Assembly: GCA_964517155.1 (NCBI GenBank)
Contig: CAZFAZ010000056.1
Coordinates: 1-32,538 of the forward strand
Direction of reading: 5' to 3'
Origin: an uncultured Thermoplasmatales archaeon
Lineage (GTDB): Archaea > Thermoplasmatota > E2 > DHVEG-1
DNA: 32,538 nucleotides
How positions within the stretch are numbered: position 1 is the first letter of the stretch; each line of letters starts with the position of its first letter. The position numbers and the translations under genes are program-made. This document shows positions 9,479-18,663 of this stretch, piece by piece. A model generated the notes under the pieces. The model was given only the letters and a program-made list of their open reading frames with translations, did no database searches and was not told where the DNA came from.

Positions 9479-9634
9479 TTTGCAACGATTAAAAGAAAGT
9501 TTGGTGAAACAATAAAGTCTAAAAATCGTAATGCTCAGGAAAATGAGATTCTATGTAAAATTATTGATTATAATATTACAGTTCTTATTCATGCAATGAA
9601 GGAGTTTGGAATAAATCCAAGTTTTTGTGTTTAG
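9479..9634 (+). pseudogene. C-terminal remnant of a DDE transposase (IS4/IS5 superfamily)
   Basis: Startless frame FATIKRKFGETIKSKNRNAQENEILCKIIDYNITVLIHAMKEFGINPSFCV*. Resembles the segment after the catalytic Glu of IS5-type transposases. Confidence 0.82.
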
Positions 9635-9690
9635 ATTTTAAATAATTATTTAAAGAACAAAGTTATTTTACTTTGAAAGGACAGAAATAA

Positions 9691-10446
9691 ATGGAAAAAA
9701 TAAAAGTGTTGATAATTGGGATTACCTTATTTTTATCTATCACAATTTTTATTGGATGCACTGAAACAAATGAATCTGGTAATAATGTAGGATTAAATGA
9801 ATTACCTATTCCAATTATAACATTTCCCGAAGGAGCCCATCCTAGATGGTGGAATGATACCTTATTTGTCAATGCATTAGAGTCATATGATTTTGATGGT
9901 GATATAGTTGATTACAGATGGTTTTTTGAAACCAATATTGGATTAACACCTGATTCTTCAGAAACCAGAGCAGGTGATAGTACTAGCTATAAGATTCCTG
10001 AAGCAAATTTTATGGATGGATATGTAAATATTACTCTTGCAGTCACAGATAATAAGGGGGTTAGTTCATTTGCTTATTATGATATTCCACTGAGAAGGGG
10101 AAAAGGTGCAATTCACTTTGAACAGATTGACTCATCTACTGTCTTCAACATTACTTTTGTTCAAGGCGTTTCAAATGGAACCGGAGAAGGTTTTCTTGAT
10201 CTTTTTGAAAAAGAAATTTTTGTTGAAATTTATAAAAATGGATCATGGGATGGTCAACTTGGTTATTTCCCAGGCTATAAAGATGTAGATAACGATGGTA
10301 CAATATCCAAAGGCGATACTTTTGATATTTTCGATTCATTCTGGCCGAATTATTATGATGGATCAACTGTAAAAATTGATTTAATAGGTGGGAAAGGACA
10401 TAATCGAGAAACAATTGTAGGATCTTTAGAAGTTGAATTTGAATAA
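9691..10446 (+). CDS. Putative lipoprotein with PKD-like domain (transposon cargo)
   Basis: Signal peptide ending IFIGC (lipobox-like). PKD pattern SYDFDGDIVDYRW...ITLAVTDNKG. DxDxDG motif DVDNDGTISKGD. Confidence 0.8.
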   Translation: MEKIKVLIIGITLFLSITIFIGCTETNESGNNVGLNELPIPIITFPEGAHPRWWNDTLFVNALESYDFDGDIVDYRWFFETNIGLTPDSSETRAGDSTSYKIPEANFMDGYVNITLAVTDNKGVSSFAYYDIPLRRGKGAIHFEQIDSSTVFNITFVQGVSNGTGEGFLDLFEKEIFVEIYKNGSWDGQLGYFPGYKDVDNDGTISKGDTFDIFDSFWPNYYDGSTVKIDLIGGKGHNRETIVGSLEVEFE

Positions 10447-10548
10447 TTAAATATTTTGCACCTAAAATCAATACTCTGCACCTAAAGTCATTCATTTTTC
10501 ACACTTTAAGGGCAAAGCCGTATTATCATAAACAATTATAAGCAAAAA

Positions 10549-11565
10549 TTAGATGTTTAAGAGAGTTATCTTATCACTAAACATTGTAAGAACTGCAAAA
10601 GTTAATGCAAAAAAGATGTATTGGACATACATAATTGACCAAGCATGAACGTTTTCAAGTGTTTTGCTCTCCATGCCTTTAATCATAAGATAAAATATAA
10701 ACAGGCTGATAAACATAAAAAGACTAAGAGGCCAAAGATACCCCTTAATTAAATCAGCATGTATAAAAATAAAAATAAAAAGAAAGGGAAACAGCATAAA
10801 AGGTAAGCAAACAAGAGCTGTTTTTTTAACGCCAATTGTATTTATAAGAGTACGAGTGCCGGTTGCTCTATCTGCCTCTGAATCAGTTATATCTTTTGTC
10901 GCCATGCCACCTATTAGATAAGTCATAGCAATTCCTCCAATTATCCATGGTGTTGCATCGTTAAAAAGATTCTCAGAGCCAAAAACACTCCAGGATGCAA
11001 GAATTCCAAGTAATCCACGAGGTATAGCAATCCATATTTGATTAATAAACAGATATTTTTTCATTCTTGGAGGAAGAGAATAAGTAACTGTAAAAACAAT
11101 TATTAAAAATATAAAAAAACCAAACCAAAAATTGATAGTTACTGCGCGAAGAAGAGCAAAAAGATAAAGTATATATGCAAGGCTTTGAGCGCTATCTGCT
11201 CTTATAATCCCACGTGGTATTGGTCTGTATGGTTTTGATATTTTGTCTGCTTCTACATCTGCTGCTTGATTAAGTGAGTTTGAAGCAGCATTAACAAGTG
11301 CAATTGTAAACGCTGCTTGACCTATAGTAATCCACCAATACTGAGAAATTTCGTTTGGGTCAAGATTTCCTGTATTATAATTATAAATCAGGCTTGCAAC
11401 CATAATAGACATAGAAACAATAAATGGAGCTGCAAGAGTAAAAGGTCTGAAAAGATCTAAAGTGCCACGTGCTTGTTTTGAAAGAAACCTTGTTTTTGTA
11501 TAAGGCTCCTTCATTGTCCATTTACCGGGAACAATAACTTTAGGTCCTAATTCAGGTTTGTCCAT
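10549..11565 (-). CDS. UbiA-family prenyltransferase
   Basis: Multi-TM protein with NQAADVEADKISKPYRPIPRG and KDITDSEAD aspartate-rich motifs. Confidence 0.9.
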   Translation of the reverse strand: MDKPELGPKVIVPGKWTMKEPYTKTRFLSKQARGTLDLFRPFTLAAPFIVSMSIMVASLIYNYNTGNLDPNEISQYWWITIGQAAFTIALVNAASNSLNQAADVEADKISKPYRPIPRGIIRADSAQSLAYILYLFALLRAVTINFWFGFFIFLIIVFTVTYSLPPRMKKYLFINQIWIAIPRGLLGILASWSVFGSENLFNDATPWIIGGIAMTYLIGGMATKDITDSEADRATGTRTLINTIGVKKTALVCLPFMLFPFLFIFIFIHADLIKGYLWPLSLFMFISLFIFYLMIKGMESKTLENVHAWSIMYVQYIFFALTFAVLTMFSDKITLLNI

Positions 11566-11614
11566 TGTGGAATTAATATCATACCTACCTATTAAAATCT
11601 TTTTAAAAATATAC

Positions 11615-12997
11615 TTACAATAGCTCGGAGAGAATTCTGCCAGAGTTTAAAGCACAGTTAAAACCAATCCCAGGTGCTTTAACACAATCACCTACTAAAA
11701 ACAAGTTTTCAACAGGTGTTTTTATATCAGGTTTATTTTTATCAAGTGATTTTGCAACACCGTCAAGATGCCAAATCGCTGGATAAATTGCCCATTTAAG
11801 ATTTGATTTATAATCAGGTATTAAGTATTTTAAATTCTGATCCATTAAATCTTTAAGTTTTTTAAGAATTTTAGGATTTTTTGCTTCATCAGATGTACAG
11901 ATAATATATGATTGGATTAGAAAATCTTTTTTAGAACTAAGCCTAGATTTTTGTGAAGAAGACATAAAATCAATCATCCCTACAACATCGTTTCCTTCAA
12001 CACCGGCATCTCTTTCCAAGAAATGAAAAGTTTTACCAACTAAATTTGAAGGAATATCTTTTAATGCATAATATGCACAAAGGCTGCCCGTTCCAATTAA
12101 ACTTTTTATATAACTTACATAGTCACTTGGAAATTGTTTTTCATCAGCGATTTTAAAAAGGTCTTGAACTAATATATTTGAAATAACAAAATCACATAAA
12201 ATTTTTTCTTCTCCACATGCGACACCAATAGCTTTTTCCTCTTCAATAATTATTTTATCAACTTTTTTGCCAAATAAAATAGTTCCACCGTTTTTAATTA
12301 TTATATCTTTAAATTTTTTACAAATACTATCCATGCCACCAATAGGGTAACCTACTGGCTTAGAGCCTTTGTATAGATTGCGTTGAGCACGAATCATTTC
12401 GCCTGTTGAAATCTTATCAAGATTATTCATAGTAGTGATAGAGCGGGAAAAAACCTCAAGAATAAGTTTCATTTTTCCTTTACCATACTTTTTAATTGTA
12501 TCATCCATAGGAACACTATCTAAACGTTTTAGGGTTTTTTCACTTGCAAAAAGAAGTCTTAAGATATTCGGTAAAATTTTTAATTTATCCGCTCTTGAGA
12601 GAAATGGATAGTTATAACCATCCTCTTTTACAAATCCGACATAAGATTCTAGAAAATCAACATGCTCTTCAAAATCTGAAAGAACATTATTAACGTTAGA
12701 AAAAACCCCGCCACCTATTGCATGATATCCAAGATCTAGTCTGTATCCATTAAGCATTTTTTTAGAAAAAATAGTATCAATTGCAGGCTCCGAAAAAGCA
12801 ATATTCATGCTGAAGCGAGCAAGAATATTTCTGTATTCTTCGATACTTATATCTGATGCGTTAAACGTAAGTGCTCTGCCACCTATTAGTTGTTCTTTTT
12901 CAAAAATAGTTACTTTGTAACCTTTTTCTGAAAGAAGAGCACCCGCAGTTAAACCACCGATACCTGCACCTATTATCGCTATTTGCTTATTTTTCAT
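11615..12997 (-). CDS. FAD-dependent oxidoreductase, phytoene desaturase (CrtI/CrtD)-like family
   Basis: IIGAGIGGL...FEK...IGGRA Rossmann motif, YPIGG and C-terminal KTPVENLFLVGD. Confidence 0.85.
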   Translation of the reverse strand: MKNKQIAIIGAGIGGLTAGALLSEKGYKVTIFEKEQLIGGRALTFNASDISIEEYRNILARFSMNIAFSEPAIDTIFSKKMLNGYRLDLGYHAIGGGVFSNVNNVLSDFEEHVDFLESYVGFVKEDGYNYPFLSRADKLKILPNILRLLFASEKTLKRLDSVPMDDTIKKYGKGKMKLILEVFSRSITTMNNLDKISTGEMIRAQRNLYKGSKPVGYPIGGMDSICKKFKDIIIKNGGTILFGKKVDKIIIEEEKAIGVACGEEKILCDFVISNILVQDLFKIADEKQFPSDYVSYIKSLIGTGSLCAYYALKDIPSNLVGKTFHFLERDAGVEGNDVVGMIDFMSSSQKSRLSSKKDFLIQSYIICTSDEAKNPKILKKLKDLMDQNLKYLIPDYKSNLKWAIYPAIWHLDGVAKSLDKNKPDIKTPVENLFLVGDCVKAPGIGFNCALNSGRILSELL

Positions 12998-13033
12998 AAA
13001 TTGTCAACCTTGTTTACGTTATTAGTTTTTTTT

Positions 13034-14011
13034 CTAGTTGAATTTTAAAAACTCCATTATTTGTACATCGTCTATCTTTTCTTCATTATCATCAATTGAA
13101 ATAAATCCAGATGTTTGTACATGATAGCGCCAATAAGGCGATCTAAGAACGCTGCTGTAGTGTAAATCTTTTACTTTCATTTCTATATCTGCTTTTATAT
13201 GAGTTTGGTCTATCATCTCATCAATTTTTAATGTAAAATATGTTGGTGTTTTCTTTTTATTATCCAAGATATAGCTGTCTGGTTTGAAAATAATATTTTT
13301 AGGATTTATATTGTAAAAACCTTTTTGGTCTTTATTTACAATTGCAAGAAGATCCCATATATTGTCCTTTTTTACAACATTTGCCCAAACAATGTTATAA
13401 TTTTTGCTTCTTATTTTTCCCCAGTACCAACATTTACCATATGTAAGAGCTGTAAGAAAAGTGTAATTCCAGTTATGATCGTGATAACCAGTTCCTTCTA
13501 CTTTTATTTTTTTGCCATTGTATGTTATATCTCCTGTAACTTTTGCTTTTGGTAATGCAACAGTCCAGCTTTCTGCTTCTGTTTCAATTTTGAATCCTGT
13601 TACATCACCTATAAATTCAAGGTTTGCTTTGCAATCTTCAAGTGACATATCTATTTTATAAATCCATTTATTATCTTTTTTATATTTATCATAATCAAAT
13701 TCAATTACTGGTTTTTTGAATAGTTTTACAATAGGATATTCTTTTGATGTTTCAAAATTTTTAAATAAAAAACGTTTTTTCTTTTCAATTTCTAATTTAC
13801 CATTTTTATATAGTTCTAAAAAAGGTTGAATCATCCCAAGTTTTTTTCTTGAAAAAGTTCTACATCCAATATGAATGCTGTAGCTATTTGTAAAAATCGC
13901 ATCAAAGTACCACCATTCGGCAGCCACTTTTTTCTCTGAGCCATGAAATGCATCATCTTTTGGTGTTATTTCTACTGCAATGTTTTTTTTTATATTATGT
14001 GCTTTTTTCAT
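13034..14011 (-). CDS. CrtC/tocopherol-cyclase-like beta-barrel protein
   Basis: DDAFH, EWWYFDA and GTGYHDHNW motifs typical of the CrtC/AttH-like lipocalin-fold family. Confidence 0.72.
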   Translation of the reverse strand: MKKAHNIKKNIAVEITPKDDAFHGSEKKVAAEWWYFDAIFTNSYSIHIGCRTFSRKKLGMIQPFLELYKNGKLEIEKKKRFLFKNFETSKEYPIVKLFKKPVIEFDYDKYKKDNKWIYKIDMSLEDCKANLEFIGDVTGFKIETEAESWTVALPKAKVTGDITYNGKKIKVEGTGYHDHNWNYTFLTALTYGKCWYWGKIRSKNYNIVWANVVKKDNIWDLLAIVNKDQKGFYNINPKNIIFKPDSYILDNKKKTPTYFTLKIDEMIDQTHIKADIEMKVKDLHYSSVLRSPYWRYHVQTSGFISIDDNEEKIDDVQIMEFLKFN

Positions 14012-14026
14012 AGTATCTCATTCTAT

Positions 14027-15052
14027 CTATAGATTTGGAGCGATATCCTGACCTGAAAATACTGTGATTATAGAATACCAAATAAGTGGAAATATAATCA
14101 AGATTGTTGCATAAACTATTCCAATTATAGGTATTAACAAAAAGGGTATAAAACTATAACGAAGAACCCCTTGAATTGCAAGAAGTCCAAGTATCTTTTT
14201 GCGTTTGATTAGTGTTTTTATAGTGAATAATTTAACCGTTAGGATTAAAACAGTTATTGCTAAAAATGCAATCAAACTAATCTCCCATATTTTGTAAGGA
14301 ATATCAAAAAACAAAAATGGGACAAATAATAAAAAAGCTGAGAATAATCTAATTATCAATCCTATTGTTATAAATGTAGGCGGAAGATATATTTTTTTAT
14401 CTTTTGTTATTTTTACGCCTGTTTTTATAGCAAAATTTTTAGTTTTAAGCAGATAATCATGATCTGCATCTTTTATTCCACCAATTATCATATTCATAAA
14501 TAAGTATTGGGTAAAAACTAAAAGAAAAATAATCCACGTTAATATGCTTAATTTTCCATCTGGCGTTACAAGAAAAGCTCCTGCAATAACAAATATTCCT
14601 TCCGAAAAACCAACAAGAAAATCGGCACCTACAAATTTTTTGCCGTATTTATTATAAATATTGCCGATAGCTGCTGCAAGAATTATGCAAATAACACCAT
14701 AATAAAATGAGGGTTGATCTTTGTAAAAATAAATAAAAACGACTGCAAATGTTAATATTACTGTTATAATTGAAATGATAATCACAGTTTTTTTTGTTAT
14801 TTCTCCTGTAACAAGAGGTCTTCTAGTTGGATCACTAGATAGTTTATCAACTTCGATATCAAAATAGTCATTCATAACGCAGCCATGAATTGCTTTAAAC
14901 ATCCCTATAGAAAACAAAATAAATAATGTTAATATATTTACTTGTACTCCAATTTGTATTAGGCTTAGCGCTCCAAAAATTGGAGCCATAGCAAAACCAG
15001 CAAGTCCTGATAAGCGCAATAATCTTGCGTAGGCTAAAAATATTCGTCCCAT
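14027..15052 (-). CDS. UbiA-family prenyltransferase
   Basis: Multi-TM protein with NDYFDIEVD...RPLVTG and GGIKDADHD motifs. Confidence 0.9.
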   Translation of the reverse strand: MGRIFLAYARLLRLSGLAGFAMAPIFGALSLIQIGVQVNILTLFILFSIGMFKAIHGCVMNDYFDIEVDKLSSDPTRRPLVTGEITKKTVIIISIITVILTFAVVFIYFYKDQPSFYYGVICIILAAAIGNIYNKYGKKFVGADFLVGFSEGIFVIAGAFLVTPDGKLSILTWIIFLLVFTQYLFMNMIIGGIKDADHDYLLKTKNFAIKTGVKITKDKKIYLPPTFITIGLIIRLFSAFLLFVPFLFFDIPYKIWEISLIAFLAITVLILTVKLFTIKTLIKRKKILGLLAIQGVLRYSFIPFLLIPIIGIVYATILIIFPLIWYSIITVFSGQDIAPNL

Positions 15053-15099
15053 TAGTATATGTAAAATGATATTGTTTTTTGAATTTTTCCTAAATTTAT

Positions 15100-16119
15100 T
15101 TACATTGTTTTGGGCTGTAACAATGTTCCATGTAATATTAAATTATTTAAAATAAAGCCTATTAATGGGAAAAACATAAGGATACCTGCCCAGGGGTTTA
15201 ATGTCATAAGCATTATTGGAACTATCATAAAATTTATCATGTAATGGCTTCCTATGTACTTTCTTGCTTTTCCTCTTTCAAATTTTTTCATTGAAAGTAA
15301 TTTATGTGATATTGTAAACATTAGAATTGCAATGATTATAATTATTATCCATTGCAAGTATTGTAATATAGTTAGATTTTTTATATCCCAAAAAATAAAA
15401 AATGGTAGAAATACTATTATTAAGTCAATTATCTGAATGCCGTATGCAAGTGTCTTGAAACTATTTGATATCCTAAGTTTTCCTTCAGTGACTCTTACTC
15501 CAAGTTTTACAGCTAATGTTTTTGCACCCATTTTATAATCGTTTTCTATATCTTTGAGGCCACCTGCTATAAATTGCATAAACAAGACTTGAATTGGTCC
15601 TAAGACACATACAATCCATGTTAGTTTGTCTATCTCTTGAATACTGCCTGTGCTTGATGAAACAGTAGCACCGTATACTATTAAGAAAAATACGCCTAAT
15701 GCTACAAAAATGTCCATGCCTGGGAGTTTTTTGCTTATTAAATCATAGATTGTTATAAATAATGCAGAAAGCCCAAGCATTAATATCGGAAAATATGTCC
15801 CTGTGTCGTAAGCAATATATCCTGCGATTAAAAAAGCAATAATCATGGACAGTATTGCAAAAGCCCATGCTTTTTTAAGAGAAATTGTTCCACTAATAAG
15901 TGGTCTATCGCTTATTTCTGTAGATGATTTATCGATTTTGTAATCAATTATGTCATTTAGCACAAAACCATACGTATGTCCAAGAAAACCTGCTATAAAC
16001 AAAAGAAAGAGTGTAGCAATGTCATAATTCTGCATTGCAATTGCGCCCATTACAGGGCTTATTCCTGTTAAAACTGCATTAAAAGAACGTGCAAGTTTTA
16101 GATATTCTCTAATTTTCAC
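15100..16119 (-). CDS. UbiA-family prenyltransferase
   Basis: GTG start. NDIIDYKID...RPLISG and GGLKDIEND motifs. Apparent paralog of the neighbouring gene. Confidence 0.9.
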   Translation of the reverse strand: MKIREYLKLARSFNAVLTGISPVMGAIAMQNYDIATLFLLFIAGFLGHTYGFVLNDIIDYKIDKSSTEISDRPLISGTISLKKAWAFAILSMIIAFLIAGYIAYDTGTYFPILMLGLSALFITIYDLISKKLPGMDIFVALGVFFLIVYGATVSSSTGSIQEIDKLTWIVCVLGPIQVLFMQFIAGGLKDIENDYKMGAKTLAVKLGVRVTEGKLRISNSFKTLAYGIQIIDLIIVFLPFFIFWDIKNLTILQYLQWIIIIIIAILMFTISHKLLSMKKFERGKARKYIGSHYMINFMIVPIMLMTLNPWAGILMFFPLIGFILNNLILHGTLLQPKTM

Positions 16120-16303
16120 ATGTATTGAAAATTATAAGCTGGTTAAAAACTCATCGGAAAATTAGTGGGAAAAGTTTTGTTATAATCTATTTATGTCAGT
16201 AGGAAGTATAACATTTATTTTTTTGGAAAACCTTGTTTTTTTATTGTATTTTGCTTAAAATAATGAGTAATATTATATAAAGAAATCATTTTCTTGGTGT
16301 CAG

Positions 16304-17092
16304 ATGTATATAGATTTAATATCGCTTATAATTTTACTGCTTGCAGGTTTTGGAAGTGGTCTTTTTGTAAGTATATGTAGTGGGACTGCTGCAGGTTATA
16401 TGATACCTGTTTTAACTGCTTTTTTAGGTAAATCCATTCATAAATCAATTGGTACTAGTCTATTTATCGATAGCGTTGTTGCTCTTACTGCAGGATTAAT
16501 TTTTTTAAGGAATGGAAAAACCAAACTTAAACCAGTTTTATTGCTTGTTTTATTCTCAGCTGTTGGGGCTTTTTTTGGTAGCTTTTTTACAGATATTGCT
16601 CCTGAAGCTGGTTTAAATATATACATTGGTATCATTTTATTATTATTTGGTATTAATCTAGTTTATAATGGTGTTCGAAAAAATGTTGATTTTGTTAAAT
16701 CAAAATATTCTTTTAAATTCTTCAAAAAATACAAAACATTTTTGTTTATAATATTTGGTTTTGTTATAGGTATCGTGAGTGGTTTTACAGGATTTGGCGG
16801 TGCAGGTTTTATTGCTCTTGGTTTAGTTTTTATTTTAGATTATGATCTGCATACAGCGATTGGTACTTCTCTTATTGTTATGTTTGTTTTGGCAGGATTT
16901 GCATCAGTTATGCATTTTCTTAGAGAAAACTTTCTTTTAGATGCTGCTTTGATTGCAGGCGTTGCAGCAATATTTGGAGCTGTTTTGGGTTCTTTTTTTG
17001 CAAACAAGGTAAATGAAGAAAGATTGGGTAAAATAATTGGCCTTATACTGATAACATTAGGTATTGCGGTATTTGTTCGTATGTTTTTATAA
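16304..17092 (+). CDS. TauE/SafE (TSUP) family membrane transporter
   Basis: Internally duplicated Gly-rich TM protein with SIGTSL/AIGTSL and SGFTGFGG motifs. Confidence 0.88.
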   Translation: MYIDLISLIILLLAGFGSGLFVSICSGTAAGYMIPVLTAFLGKSIHKSIGTSLFIDSVVALTAGLIFLRNGKTKLKPVLLLVLFSAVGAFFGSFFTDIAPEAGLNIYIGIILLLFGINLVYNGVRKNVDFVKSKYSFKFFKKYKTFLFIIFGFVIGIVSGFTGFGGAGFIALGLVFILDYDLHTAIGTSLIVMFVLAGFASVMHFLRENFLLDAALIAGVAAIFGAVLGSFFANKVNEERLGKIIGLILITLGIAVFVRMFL

Positions 17093-17248
17093 AAAATTGC
17101 TTAAAATTAAAATATATATTTTCATATTAAAATATGATAATTTAACATATATTAAGTATAAATAAAGTACTCTTATGGCGTTATACGTTAATTATATAAA
17201 AATTGTATAATAAGATTTATATACTCTCTTCATATATATTTTTTTATT

Positions 17249-17320
17249 GAATGGGGGAGATAATTGATTTAGAATATTTTTTTTCTTAATCTCTCCTCAC
17301 CACCTTCATCTTCCCCATTC
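17249..17320 (+). ncRNA. Candidate small RNA 2 (terminal stem enclosing a pyrimidine-rich loop)
   Basis: 13-bp stem GAATGGGGGAGAT/ATCTTCCCCATTC, with a G-U pair only on the + strand. TTTATATA at 17216-17223. Lies between convergent genes with no long ORF. Confidence 0.55.
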
Positions 17321-17356
17321 TCTCCTTAGTACTATAAAAATAAAAATCGCTTCAGA

Positions 17357-18598
17357 TTAATTAAATAGAATTTTCTCAGCATTATTTGAGACAATATTTC
17401 TATGTTTTTCATCTGTTATAATCATTACAGCCCAGTCGGTAATCAAACGCGATTTAATAGCAAGGCTGATGGGTGTAAACTCATCCAGTTTTTTACAAAG
17501 ATTATTATCAAAAACCATAATATCTGTTTTATCAATGCGTGGCTCATTAAGATGCAGCTCAGTGTTTGGAAAATCAATAATTACATGACCTGAAGGTATA
17601 CCAAGCTTTTGTTCAAATTCTATTTCTTTTTTTCGTCTAAAAGAAGTATCATCAAGTTTTTTGATAAAATCAATTTTATCAGAAGACAATTCAACAACCG
17701 CTGGAGAATATGCTTGTTTGAATAGTTTACGATATTTTAGTCTAACTGCTGTTTCATGCTGAAAAACTCCCATCTTTTTAAGATTATTCATGAGTTCATC
17801 ATCAGTCATTTTAAAAAATTCAAAAGGATGAAAATCTTTAGAAAGCTCGATTGCCTTTGAAAGCATAAGCTCTGCTATTCTAACGGTTTTATGAAAATAA
17901 ACTGAGGAATACATAAGAGTACGTGCCATAAGTATATTTTCGACAACGCCAACTCCTTTTTTAGAGATGCCAAGAACCCCGTTGACAACAGTTAAAGAAT
18001 TCAAAAAACGCTCAGCGTCAATAAGCCCATAAGCAACACCTGTGTAATATGCATCACGCATAAGATAATCAAGCTGATCTACATCAACAGGACTATTTAG
18101 AAACTGCGAAAGATGATCTTTTCCGCTGCCTCGTATAATATCAATTATCTTACGATGATCTATATCATGTTTATTTAAAATATCAAAAACAGTCACAGGC
18201 TCAATTATCTCTTTTTCATAATCATCAAAAATTGCATGTTCGCCAAGTATTAATTTCTCGGTTAAATCCACATGATCAACATTTAGTGCATTTCTAAGAA
18301 TAGATTCAAGAGTATGCGAAAAAGGGCCATGACCTATATCATGTAAAAAAGCAGCACAAGAAACAAGTTTTTTTTCTTCAGTAGTTAGCTTTAATATTTC
18401 GCATGCTTTTACCGCCATAAAATAAGTGCCTAGTGAATGTTCAAGGCGGGTATGATGACCACCGGGAAAAACAAGATGCGCAAAACCAAGTTGTTTTATA
18501 TTGTAAAGTCTTTGAATTTCAGGTGCATCTAAAAAATCAAGGAAAATGCCCTCAATTTTGATATCGCCATGTATTGGATCACGAATTATTTTGCTCAT
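17357..18598 (-). CDS. HD-domain phosphohydrolase (SAMHD1/dNTPase-like)
   Basis: IRDPIHG, QRL..IKQLG, HTRLEHSLG, LHDIGHGPFSH, DVDQLDYL.RD and VYFHKT motifs. Confidence 0.93.
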   Translation of the reverse strand: MSKIIRDPIHGDIKIEGIFLDFLDAPEIQRLYNIKQLGFAHLVFPGGHHTRLEHSLGTYFMAVKACEILKLTTEEKKLVSCAAFLHDIGHGPFSHTLESILRNALNVDHVDLTEKLILGEHAIFDDYEKEIIEPVTVFDILNKHDIDHRKIIDIIRGSGKDHLSQFLNSPVDVDQLDYLMRDAYYTGVAYGLIDAERFLNSLTVVNGVLGISKKGVGVVENILMARTLMYSSVYFHKTVRIAELMLSKAIELSKDFHPFEFFKMTDDELMNNLKKMGVFQHETAVRLKYRKLFKQAYSPAVVELSSDKIDFIKKLDDTSFRRKKEIEFEQKLGIPSGHVIIDFPNTELHLNEPRIDKTDIMVFDNNLCKKLDEFTPISLAIKSRLITDWAVMIITDEKHRNIVSNNAEKILFN

Positions 18599-18663
18599 AC
18601 TAAATCATTTTATCCATTATTTATAGAAAAATAAAATATGAAATTAGTTGAAATATTTTATTT

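Larger units (their letters stand above)
9417..10519 (+). mobile_element. Non-autonomous IS5-family (IS903-like) element carrying a passenger gene
   Basis: 17-bp terminal inverted repeats GGCTTTGCCCCAAAAGT (9417-9433) and ACTTTAAGGGCAAAGCC (10503-10519), 15/17 match. Flanked by a perfect 9-bp direct repeat GTATTATCA (9408-9416, 10520-10528). Internal transposase remnant. Confidence 0.9.
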
